From: an uncultured virus (IMG/VR IMGVR_UViG_3300022939_000006)
Lineage: Duplodnaviria > Heunggongvirae > Uroviricota > Caudoviricetes
DNA: 64,000 nucleotides
Virus record (IMG/VR): IMGVR_UViG_3300022939_000006
Direction: 5' to 3' (one strand)
Made by a program: the position numbers and the translations under genes. Under the pieces are notes generated by a model. The model did no database searches and was not told where the DNA came from. It saw only the letters and a list, made by a program, of their open reading frames with translations. Shown here piece by piece: positions 1 to 9,800 of this stretch. How positions within the stretch are numbered: position 1 is the stretch's first letter; every line of letters starts with the position of its first letter.

Positions 1-2
1 AC

Positions 3-494
3 ACATCTACAAATGGCTTAGAATTTTACATAAAAAATAATAAAATTGCTGACATGGGATATCCTAATTCTACCACTTTCAATAGAGTAGAACTAGCAGG
101 TATTGACATTGATGGAAACTTAATTACTTCAAATATTACTAATAGTGATTTGCTATTGTTGCCAGAACAAGGAACTGGTGCAGTAACTATAGACAACTGG
201 CGTTTTTTAGACAATAATATACAAATTACAGGCACCGATAATCATGGTGAATTTGCAGGTACAGGCGATGGTTATGTTAAATTTGACGGTGTAAAAGGTG
301 TTGTTATTCCTACAGGCGGAAGCGGAACTAGAGAGCCAAATCCAGAACAAGGACACATTAGATACAATACTTCATTGGCATTTTTAGAAGTATATGACGG
401 TGCATCTTGGGTAACATCGGCAGGTAGCGGCGCAGGTACAAGTGAAGCAGAAATGCAAGAAATTATGAATGAATACATTCTAATCTTTGGGTAA
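3..494 (+). CDS. C-terminal part of a tail-fibre/virion structural protein (5'-truncated by the window)
   Basis: The frame is open from position 3. The C-terminus (GYVKFDGVKGVVIP...IRYNT...EVYDG..W...EYILIFG) is paralogous to that of the next 1702-aa protein. Confidence 0.75.
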   Translation, partial: TSTNGLEFYIKNNKIADMGYPNSTTFNRVELAGIDIDGNLITSNITNSDLLLLPEQGTGAVTIDNWRFLDNNIQITGTDNHGEFAGTGDGYVKFDGVKGVVIPTGGSGTREPNPEQGHIRYNTSLAFLEVYDGASWVTSAGSGAGTSEAEMQEIMNEYILIFG

Positions 495-516
495 GCTGTA
501 CATTATTTCATAATCA

Positions 517-524
517 CATAAATA
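517..524 (+). promoter_or_regulatory. T4-type late promoter-like element (CATAAATA)
   Basis: Resembles T4 TATAAATA. The same NATAAATA core recurs upstream of most structural genes in the window. Confidence 0.6.
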
Positions 525-569
525 CATTATATAACATTAAATCAGACCTAAAATTTGATGTTATCATAC

Positions 570-716
570 TGTGGTCAACCCGCAATGTAAGGTGGTTGGT
601 GGCACAAGATGCCCGTATTGAGGAGAAGAGATGGCTGTAGGTCGCATATCCGGTCCGCTCTTAAAGTCAAATCTCGTTAGAAACGGGATTGACCTGGCTT
701 TTGAGACGGATCTTCT
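570..716 (+). promoter_or_regulatory. Putative structured RNA element spanning the 5' UTR and first codons of the 1702-aa gene
   Basis: Locally GC-rich. Stems at 574-580/594-600, 601-604/610-613 and 666-678/682-693, with an enclosing stem at 652-660/703-712. Confidence 0.45.
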
Positions 717-3700
717 ATATTTGGATGTCAACAACTCGCGAGTTGGAATTAACACCAGCAATCCACAATACGATTTAGAAGTTAACGGCACAATTAGAGC
801 AGACAATCTAATAGCAGATAATGTTATTGTTGACTCTCTTACATTTGAAAACAACAATATTTCAAGTGATACGGATATTATTAATCTAGGTACAGCTGAC
901 AATGTTGTTTATCAAAACAAACTTGTTGTAAACAGTATTGAAATTAACGATAATACTATTAGAGTAATCGACAGTAATGCAAATTTAGAATTAGATGCCT
1001 CTGGTACAGGAACAATAGAATTACTTGCAGATACTAACGTAAGCGGTAATTTAAATGTTACAGGAAATGTAACAACAGATGGTAATATTACTTTAGGTGA
1101 CTCTGCAACAGATAGTATTGATTTTAATGCTGAACTAGCAAGTGATCTAATTCCAAATATCAATGACACATATAGTTTAGGTACACCAACAAAAAGATGG
1201 AATGCTGGTTATATACAAAGTGTAAATGCTAGTAATATTACAACTGATACACTGTCAGTTGATGGTATAGATTTACAAACTAGATACGGAAACATAGTTT
1301 ATGTTGCAGAAAATGGTGACAATGCTAACACAGGAACGCACCCGCAAGATCCAGTAGCAACTATTGAAAAAGCATTACAAGTTGTTACTGCTGGAGACAC
1401 AGTGCATATTATGCCAGGAGTGTATCAAGAAAGACTTCCGTTAGTAGTACCAGCAGGAGTAACAGTAAAAGGTCATAGTTTAAGAAGTGTTACAGTTCGA
1501 CCTGATAGTGTTGACTCTGAAGATGTATTTCATTTAAATGGTGAAACTACAGTTGAAGATTTAACAATACAAGATTTTTACTATAACAGCGGAACAGATG
1601 TTGGATATGCTTTTAGATTTGCACCAAACTTTGAAGTTACATCTCGTAGCCCATATATTAGAAACGTAACAGTTTTAACAAAAGGTAGTGTAACAAACGC
1701 TAGTGATCCTAGAGGATTTAATCAAGGTGACGCAGGTAAAGGTGCATATTTAGATGGTAGTGTCGCAACAGCAAATTCAAAAGAAGCAAGCGTTTTATTC
1801 CATGCTGTAACTTTTATTACTCCTGGAGTTGACGCATTGACTATTACAAACGGAGTAAGAGTTGAATGGTTAAATTCGTTTACATACTTTGCAAATAAAG
1901 GTATAAATGCAATTAACGGCGCTACTGGCCTCAAAGGCGCAGGTCAAACAGCAATTAGAGTTAGTGACCTAGACGGTTCGTTTAGTGCAGGAGAAACTTT
2001 TACTCTAAGCAGTGTTGACGGTAGTACTGTTTTAGCAACAGGAACTATTGCAGACAAAGATACAGATGGTAAATTTTATATAAACGGTAATCTTACAAAC
2101 TTAACTGAAAGAACACTAAGACTAAAGAAAATAATTGGATTCAAAGGCGGCGCAGTTTTACAAACAGCAAACAAAAAATTTGGTTCAAGTAGTTTATTTT
2201 TAGACGGTGTTGACAGTTACATTTCTATTACAGCTAATGAAGATTTTGGTTTTGCACAAGGAGATTTCACATTAGAATGTTGGATCGATCCAGATACAGT
2301 AACTGGTAATCAAACTATATTTGACCTAAGAGCAGGAGTTGCTGGAGACTTTACACCCCATGTATTCTTAGACGGATCTACATTAAAGTATGCAACAGCT
2401 GACACAACTAGAATACAAGGCGGCACAATTACTACAGGTTCTTGGCAACACATTGCGGTTAGTAGATTTAATGGATGGACAAGACTGTATTTGAATGGCA
2501 CACAAGTTGGAGTAACTTATAGAGATCTTACAAACTATGGAGATATTAAGCCAACTAAAATTGGCGGCAATTATCTAGGACAAAATTTATTTACAGGACA
2601 CATTGACGATATAAGAATTAGCAACAGTTCTCGCTATGCTACAGGAACTTATACAGTACCTACATCACAACAGGTTGGTGATGCAAACACTGTGTTTATG
2701 ACACATTTCGACGGTGCTAATGGTGCAACTGAATTAGAAGAAGATGTAAAAGAAAGACAAACAATTTCTTTTAGTGGCGGCGCAACTGCAAACTATGTAG
2801 AACTTGCAGACTTTACAGATTTTGGTGGAGAAATTAGGAGTATAGGAAGTGCTAACATATATGGCAACTATGGAGCGTATGGCGACGGAAACGGCGTTAT
2901 AATGTATCTAATAGGCCATAATTTTGCATACATTGGTAACGGAAAAGAAGTAACTAACGATGAAACAACTGTTATACAAGCTAATGAGACTACAGAACTT
3001 AATAATGCAAAAGTAAGATATACAAGCGTTGATCACAGAGGTGATTTTAGAGTAGGCGATAGTTTTTATGTAGATCAAGAAACAGGACAAGTTGTGTTTA
3101 ATGCGGCAACATTAGATGTTGTTACACCTAATGGATTAACATTCACAACAGGCGGAGATACTACTTTTGTTGATGGTACTAAAATAGAAACTGGTGATTT
3201 TAGAATAAGCGGAAACACTATAGAAACTCTTACACAAGATTTTGACATTGATAGTGCAACAAATATTGTTAATATACAAACCAACACAAACATATCTGGT
3301 AATTTAGATGTTACTGGAAATGTAACAGTAGGTGGTAATGTAACAATTGGTGATGAAGATACTGATTCAATTAATATTAATGCTGATGTTGACAGTAATA
3401 TTACACCTAATATTGATGCAACATATGATTTAGGATCTGATGCAAAACGTTGGAAAAATGTTTACGCAAATAACTTTGACAATGGTAATATTAAAATTGA
3501 AGGCAATCAAATTATTTCAACAGAAAGTAATAGCGATATTGAGATAAATGCATCAGGTACAGGCAATGTTGTTATTGACAGTGATTTACAGGTAACAGGA
3601 AATACAGCATATGATGGTGCAGTTACAATCAACAGTGATGTACAAATTACAGGTCAATCAACATTTGACGGAGATATTGTACAAACGTCCGGTTCAATTA

Positions 3701-5739
3701 ATATTAATCAAAGTTTGACTGTAGCAGATACTTTAACAGTTTCAGGACAAGCTGATTTTGAAAATATACAGATTGCTGGCAATGTTGTTCAAACAACAGA
3801 AAGCAACAGTGACTTAGAACTATCAGCCGCAGGAACAGGAAAGGTTATTTTTCCTGATAGTGATTTAGAAATTGGCGGAGACTTAACAGTTACTGGCACT
3901 ACTACTTTTAATAACCTAGCGGCGACTGGTACAATTACTACAGATACTCTAGTTGCTAATACAGCAACAATAAATGGCCAAGCTAACTTTGAAGATATAG
4001 AAATTAACGATAATTATATTACTACAACTCAAAGTAATAGTAATTTAGAGTTACGTGCGGCAGGTACAGGACAAATATTAATACCTGACAATAATGTTAA
4101 CATTACTAATGATTTAAATGTAGACGGAACTATTACCTTTAACAATAGTTCAGGTAATTTTTTAACTACAGATAGATTGACTGTAAATGATTTGTTAACT
4201 ATTAATGGTCAAGCACAATTCGAAGATATAGAAATAAACGACAACTATATTACAACAACATTGTCAAACAGTGACTTGGAATTAAGAACAAGTGGTACTG
4301 GTCAAATTGTTTTACAAGAAGATGTTACTATAACTGGAAATTTAACAGTAGACGGAACCACAACATTTACCGGAAGCGTTACTGGAACAACAGCTACTAT
4401 TGATAACTTGATTATCAACAATAACATGACTATACAAGGTCAAATTAATTTTGATAATATTGAAATCAATGACAATTACATTACAACTACAGAAAGTAAT
4501 AGTGATTTAGAATTAAGAGCAAATGGAACAGGACAAGTTATAGTTCCAGATAACAATGTTGAAATTACAAATGATTTAAATGTTTTAGGAACAACTACAG
4601 TCCAAGATATTACAGGTACAAATATTACTACTGACATTCTTAATGTAAATGATACTTTAACTGTAGACGGGAAAGCAGATTTTGATGATATAGTTATTCA
4701 AGGTAACACTATACAAACTACACAATCAAATAGTGATTTAGAATTATCTGCAAGCGGGACCGGACAAGTTGTTATACCTAATAACGATGTAGTTATAAAT
4801 CAAAATCTTACTGTTTTAGGTGACATAAGTGCAAGTGGATTGCAATCACAAGGTAGAGTAACAGCAAACAGTTTCTTCACAGGGGACTTGTTAATTGATG
4901 ACAATTTTATTACAACTACCCTAAGCAACAGTGATTTAGAATTAAGAGCAAACGGAACTGGTAGTATTGTAATAGATGATTACAGTTTTAATAACAATAT
5001 TATGTCGACTACAGGAACAATGGTTATTAGTCCTGCAAGTGGCACTTTGGAAATAGACAGTACAGATAGTATTATACTACCAAACGGTGACACATCACAA
5101 AGAAATGCAACACCGCAAACTGGTATGATTAGATACAACAATCAAACAAATAATTTTGAAGGCTACAACGGAAATTGGGTAAATTTAGACGAAGGTGTTG
5201 TAGACAGTGACGGAGATACAAAAATAACAGCTGAACTTACTCCTGGTGCAAATGATGATGTAATTAGATTCTACAACGCAGGCGTATTGACAGCAGATCT
5301 TACTGCAACTAGATTTAGTACAACTAAACTTATTGTAGATGATTTAGAGTTCGAAGATAATACCATAAAAACGATAACTACTAATAGTGATTTGCAGTTA
5401 TCGGGCAACGGTACAGGCGGTGTTGTCATCGATAACTTCCAAATAAAAGACTCAACTATATTAAATACAGTAACAGATAATGTTACGGTTTTTGACTCTA
5501 ATGCAAACGGATACTTTAAGTTTGCAGGAACAAAAGGTGTTGTTATACCAGTTGGAGACAACTTAAACAGACCTGCTTTTGTTAATTCAGAAACTGGTAT
5601 GTTAAGGTACAATACAGCTGATGAAAGAGTTGAGATTTTTGATGGTACAAACTGGACAAGTGTCGCAGGTAGTGCTAGTGGTATTAGTAGAAACGATGCT
5701 GAAGCGATTGCTTTAGAATATGTATTAGTGTTAGGATAA
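631..5739 (+). CDS. Large tail-fibre/virion structural protein (beta-helix-like region, LamG/ConA-like domain, 77-aa repeats)
   Basis: 1702 aa with SD AGGAG. YVAENG...PVATIEKAL...GDTVHIMPGVYQE is a beta-helix cap. GDFTLECW...WQHIAVSR...LYLNG...GHIDDIRIS is LamG-like. Repeated NxIxTTxSNSDLELxAxGTG. Confidence 0.8.
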   Translation: MAVGRISGPLLKSNLVRNGIDLAFETDLLYLDVNNSRVGINTSNPQYDLEVNGTIRADNLIADNVIVDSLTFENNNISSDTDIINLGTADNVVYQNKLVVNSIEINDNTIRVIDSNANLELDASGTGTIELLADTNVSGNLNVTGNVTTDGNITLGDSATDSIDFNAELASDLIPNINDTYSLGTPTKRWNAGYIQSVNASNITTDTLSVDGIDLQTRYGNIVYVAENGDNANTGTHPQDPVATIEKALQVVTAGDTVHIMPGVYQERLPLVVPAGVTVKGHSLRSVTVRPDSVDSEDVFHLNGETTVEDLTIQDFYYNSGTDVGYAFRFAPNFEVTSRSPYIRNVTVLTKGSVTNASDPRGFNQGDAGKGAYLDGSVATANSKEASVLFHAVTFITPGVDALTITNGVRVEWLNSFTYFANKGINAINGATGLKGAGQTAIRVSDLDGSFSAGETFTLSSVDGSTVLATGTIADKDTDGKFYINGNLTNLTERTLRLKKIIGFKGGAVLQTANKKFGSSSLFLDGVDSYISITANEDFGFAQGDFTLECWIDPDTVTGNQTIFDLRAGVAGDFTPHVFLDGSTLKYATADTTRIQGGTITTGSWQHIAVSRFNGWTRLYLNGTQVGVTYRDLTNYGDIKPTKIGGNYLGQNLFTGHIDDIRISNSSRYATGTYTVPTSQQVGDANTVFMTHFDGANGATELEEDVKERQTISFSGGATANYVELADFTDFGGEIRSIGSANIYGNYGAYGDGNGVIMYLIGHNFAYIGNGKEVTNDETTVIQANETTELNNAKVRYTSVDHRGDFRVGDSFYVDQETGQVVFNAATLDVVTPNGLTFTTGGDTTFVDGTKIETGDFRISGNTIETLTQDFDIDSATNIVNIQTNTNISGNLDVTGNVTVGGNVTIGDEDTDSININADVDSNITPNIDATYDLGSDAKRWKNVYANNFDNGNIKIEGNQIISTESNSDIEINASGTGNVVIDSDLQVTGNTAYDGAVTINSDVQITGQSTFDGDIVQTSGSININQSLTVADTLTVSGQADFENIQIAGNVVQTTESNSDLELSAAGTGKVIFPDSDLEIGGDLTVTGTTTFNNLAATGTITTDTLVANTATINGQANFEDIEINDNYITTTQSNSNLELRAAGTGQILIPDNNVNITNDLNVDGTITFNNSSGNFLTTDRLTVNDLLTINGQAQFEDIEINDNYITTTLSNSDLELRTSGTGQIVLQEDVTITGNLTVDGTTTFTGSVTGTTATIDNLIINNNMTIQGQINFDNIEINDNYITTTESNSDLELRANGTGQVIVPDNNVEITNDLNVLGTTTVQDITGTNITTDILNVNDTLTVDGKADFDDIVIQGNTIQTTQSNSDLELSASGTGQVVIPNNDVVINQNLTVLGDISASGLQSQGRVTANSFFTGDLLIDDNFITTTLSNSDLELRANGTGSIVIDDYSFNNNIMSTTGTMVISPASGTLEIDSTDSIILPNGDTSQRNATPQTGMIRYNNQTNNFEGYNGNWVNLDEGVVDSDGDTKITAELTPGANDDVIRFYNAGVLTADLTATRFSTTKLIVDDLEFEDNTIKTITTNSDLQLSGNGTGGVVIDNFQIKDSTILNTVTDNVTVFDSNANGYFKFAGTKGVVIPVGDNLNRPAFVNSETGMLRYNTADERVEIFDGTNWTSVAGSASGISRNDAEAIALEYVLVLG
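3757..4970 (+). repeat. Tandem coding repeat, 231-nt (77-aa) period
   Basis: F(E/D)(D/N)IxI units begin at 3757, 3988, 4219, 4450 and 4681, with degenerate copies on either side. Confidence 0.85.
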
Positions 5740-5743
5740 GATA

Positions 5744-6073
5744 ATGGCAACATTTTTTAGACAAAAAATTATTAAAGACGTAGGCACACAAAAGATTGAA
5801 GTGTTTGAAGCCGCACCAGGAACAAATGCTACAATTATTGGTTTGAATTTAGCTAACACTTCAGAATTTGCTATTCAAGCAAGTATATTAATTAGAGACG
5901 ATACGAGTGTAGAAGCGTTTTATGTGAAAGATGTTATGATAGCACCCCAGACAGCTTTCAAAGCAATGATAGGTGGTGAAAAGGTTATTATACCAAGTGG
6001 ATATTCAATACTTGTGCAGTCTGATCAAGATGATTCGATTGATGCAATCATAAGTTATGTGGATATTACGTAA
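5744..6073 (+). CDS. Small virion structural/fibre-adaptor protein
   Basis: 109 aa and beta-rich. Similar in size and pattern to 16805..17125. Directly follows a large fibre gene. Confidence 0.6.
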   Translation: MATFFRQKIIKDVGTQKIEVFEAAPGTNATIIGLNLANTSEFAIQASILIRDDTSVEAFYVKDVMIAPQTAFKAMIGGEKVIIPSGYSILVQSDQDDSIDAIISYVDIT

Positions 6074-6083
6074 GGAGTAAATT

Positions 6084-6797
6084 ATGTCACAGTATGCAGG
6101 TAATGAAGCAGGTTATATTACAGGAAATTTAGACGGAAGGTTTTTTTACGGTCTTAGACGTACAGAACAAGGCGAACTGTTTTTTACAAAAATTGATCAA
6201 ATGGATGCAACTGCTTCTTTACAAGTAAACAAACCAGGTGACCCTAGTAATAATTTTCCAGACTTTGAACAAGGACAAGATTTTTACGAAGGTAGAGATC
6301 AAAATCATGAAATAATATATGAAAACTTAAATTATGAACAATTTAGATGGGATAATAGACATATTAATTATTACATCAATGACGATGGAGAATTTGTTGT
6401 ACGTGTAAATGCAAAACATACATATTCAAATGATATTAGTAGTGACGGCTTAACAAACTATAATAAAAACTATTATCAAGTAACTGTTGCAAATTCAGGC
6501 GGAAACAAATACTTCTTTAATGGTATACTAACTCCTACTTTAAATTTATATGAAGGACAAGTATACACATTTGGTCAAGCAGATGCTTCTAATAATACAC
6601 ACCCTCTAAGATTAAGCACAACAGCAGATGGTACACACAATGGTGGAGTGCAGTATACAACAGGAGTAGAAGTATTTGGTACGCCAGGAGTTGAAGGAAG
6701 TTATGTGAAATTTACTGTTCCAGTAAATGCACCAACTTTATATTATTATTGCGTAAACCATCCAGGTATGGGTGGACAAATAAATACACTAACATAA
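6084..6797 (+). CDS. Virion-associated protein with C-terminal cupredoxin-like domain
   Basis: SD AAGGAG. The C-terminal NTHPLRLS...LYYYCVNHPGMGG carries a type-1 copper-like ligand set (His, Cys, His, Met). Confidence 0.65.
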   Translation: MSQYAGNEAGYITGNLDGRFFYGLRRTEQGELFFTKIDQMDATASLQVNKPGDPSNNFPDFEQGQDFYEGRDQNHEIIYENLNYEQFRWDNRHINYYINDDGEFVVRVNAKHTYSNDISSDGLTNYNKNYYQVTVANSGGNKYFFNGILTPTLNLYEGQVYTFGQADASNNTHPLRLSTTADGTHNGGVQYTTGVEVFGTPGVEGSYVKFTVPVNAPTLYYYCVNHPGMGGQINTLT

Positions 6798-6815
6798 TGA
6801 TTAGGAATGTAAAAA

Positions 6816-9800
6816 ATGGCTGAATTTAGAATAGATAGACTTCGTTTTAACTGGATAGGTACATGGAGCGCAGGCACAGTATATAGAAAAGATGATGTTG
6901 TGCAATATGGTGGTAAGGTATTTGTTGCACTAGCTAACCATACAGCGAGTGCAGATTTCAATGACGACCTAGATAATTTTGTTGCAGGGGTTGCTACTCC
7001 TAAATGGGAACAAATGCTAGATGGATATGAATGGAAGGGCGAATGGCAACCTGAAACTTTTTATAAAGTACATGATATTACAAAATATAGAGGAATAGTG
7101 TACACTTGTATTGACAGCCATACAAGCCAGGCTACTATTGCACTTGGTTTAGAATTCGATCAAGAAAAATGGAAAATATTTTCAAAAGGTCCTAATTATC
7201 TTGTAACATGGACAGCAAACACATATTATAAGAAAAATGATTTAATAAAATACGGTGGCAGTTTATATTCTTGTACACAAGATCATCAAAGTAACGATGC
7301 AGTCAACGGTTTAGAATTTGATATAGATAAATGGGCAATTTATAATAGAAGTGATAATTGGAAAAATATATGGACAGTTAACACTAGATATGTAAAAGAT
7401 GACATTGTAAGATATGGTGGTAACATATACAGATGTATTGTTGGTCACACAAGTAACAGCGACATACGAGAAGGTATCGGAACTGATTTAGGTTTAGATT
7501 CTTCTGTAGCAAAATGGGAATTAGTTGCAGAAGGAATTGAATACAAAGGAGCATGGTCAGGTTCACAATGGTATAAAACAAATGACATTGTAACATATGG
7601 ATCAAACTTGTATAGAGCAAGAAGAGGTATGAGTGGTACTGATACATTTGATGACACAGACGATTGGGATATTTGGTTACCTGGTTTAGGTTATGAAAAT
7701 GTGTGGAGTGACAATGAAGTTTATCAACCAGGAGATGTAGTAACATACGGTGGGTATTCTTACATAGCATTAACAATTAATATTGGTTCAAATCCAAGTG
7801 CATTTGATGTCCAACAAGACGGTGTTGGAGCAGATTGGGAAATTATAACTAGAGGTTACAATTTAAGAGGTGAATGGGATATTTTAGTTCAATATAAACC
7901 TGGTGATGTTGTACGCAAAGGCGGCTACTTATACGAAGCACTTTTAAACATACTACCTGTTGAACAAACAGAACCGGGCGATCCAGACAATGACACAACT
8001 GCAAGTTGGAGATTAATTACTACAGCGATTGCATGGAAAGGCGAATGGAAAGATTCTGCTAGTGAAGATAGTTCTTTTTTCCAATATTACCCCGGCGATG
8101 TAGTTATGGACGAAAGCATTTCTTATATTTGTAAAAAACAACACTATAGCAATATTATCGAAGCTAGACCAAAATTTGATTTACAAAAAAATAGTCCAGG
8201 ACCAGATTATTGGAGTGTTTATGCTGGAGCAAATGAAACTAGTGTAACTAATAATGTATTGCGTTACAAAGGTGATTTAAGAACTTACAGCGTTAGAGAT
8301 GATGGTAGCACAGCTGGTCCTTCGAGACTAGCTATAGGAACATCTGGTAATGTACTTAAGGTAGATGAAGACAGTACATTAAAATGGGCTAATTTAGGAG
8401 AAATAAACAAAGTTTGGTATGTTGCTGGACAGGGAGAAGATATTCCTGAAAACGGCAGAAGCCAATCAACTCCTTTTAAAACAGTCAAATATGCACTACA
8501 GTATTTACAAGGTAATTTATTAGAAAGAACACCTGCTACTGTGTTTGTAGCAACAGGTGCATATAAAGAAATACTTCCAATAGTTATACCAAAAGATGTT
8601 GCAGTAGTTGGAGACGAATTGCGTAGCACAACAATTATGCCTGCAGATGGATATGAAACTAGTGACATGTTTTATATGCATAACGGTAGTGGATTAAGAA
8701 ACTGTACATTACAAGGTTTAAACGGAACATTAGGAGATCCAAATGACAATTTAACTAGACGTCCGTCAGCTGGTGCTTACGTTTCATTAGACCCTACAGC
8801 AGGAGATCCAAGCCAAGACTATGCTTGGATTGAAACAAAATCTCCTTATGTACAAAACGTAACAACATTTGGTACAGGATGTATAGGAATGAAAGTAGAT
8901 GGTGATCTACACAACGGAGGCAATAAGTCAATAGTTGCAAATGACTTTACACAAATTTTAAGTGATGGTATTGGTTATTGGGCTAACGGTGAAGGTAAAT
9001 CAGAACTTGTGTCAGTGTTTACGTACTATTGCCATATAGGTTACCTTTCAACTGATGGTGGTAAAGTTCGTGCATTGAACGGAAATAATTCATATGGAGA
9101 GTATGGTTGTGTTGCTGAAGGTTATGATATAAATGAAACACCGATCACAGGATCTGTTGATAACAGAAGTAAACAGGCACAAATTGCATTTACGTACACA
9201 AACAAAGATAAGGTATTTGGAGTTGCATATACAAATGCAGGAGAAGCATATACAAGTGCAACATTAAACATTGCTGGTAATGGTACAGGTTTTGCTTCAA
9301 CATTGGACAGTGATATTAGAGACGGTGCAATTACTGAAATATTTGTTACAGAAGAAGATTCTAACTTTATTGGTGGTAGTAACTATACATTCCTAGCAAA
9401 CAAAGCACAAATAGGAACAACAACGACACTTACACTTAGTGGCGCAGATGATCAAGATGATCCAAACAAATATATTGGTCAAAGACTTTTTATATATGAC
9501 GGTAAAGGTACAGGACAGTACGGAAGAATTACAGGCCTTAACACAACAAATAAGATTGTAACTGTAGCAAAAGAATCAAATGGTGAACCAGGATGGGAAC
9601 ATGTTTCCGGAAGACCGATAGAAGCAAGCCTAAACGATACAACAAGATATTATATTGAGCCACGAGTAGATATTTCTCCTCCTAATTACACTACAGGAAC
9701 AGTAAGTTTAGGAAGCTCAGATACGTGGACAGATTGCGCTTCAGGAACTTATAATAGTTCACCTATATATGTAGCAACAGCAAATGAAGGTACTGTTGTA

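Noticed and set aside
570..630. Known riboswitch or tRNA
   Set aside because: I could not match it to a consensus I recognise, so it is kept only as an unassigned structured element.
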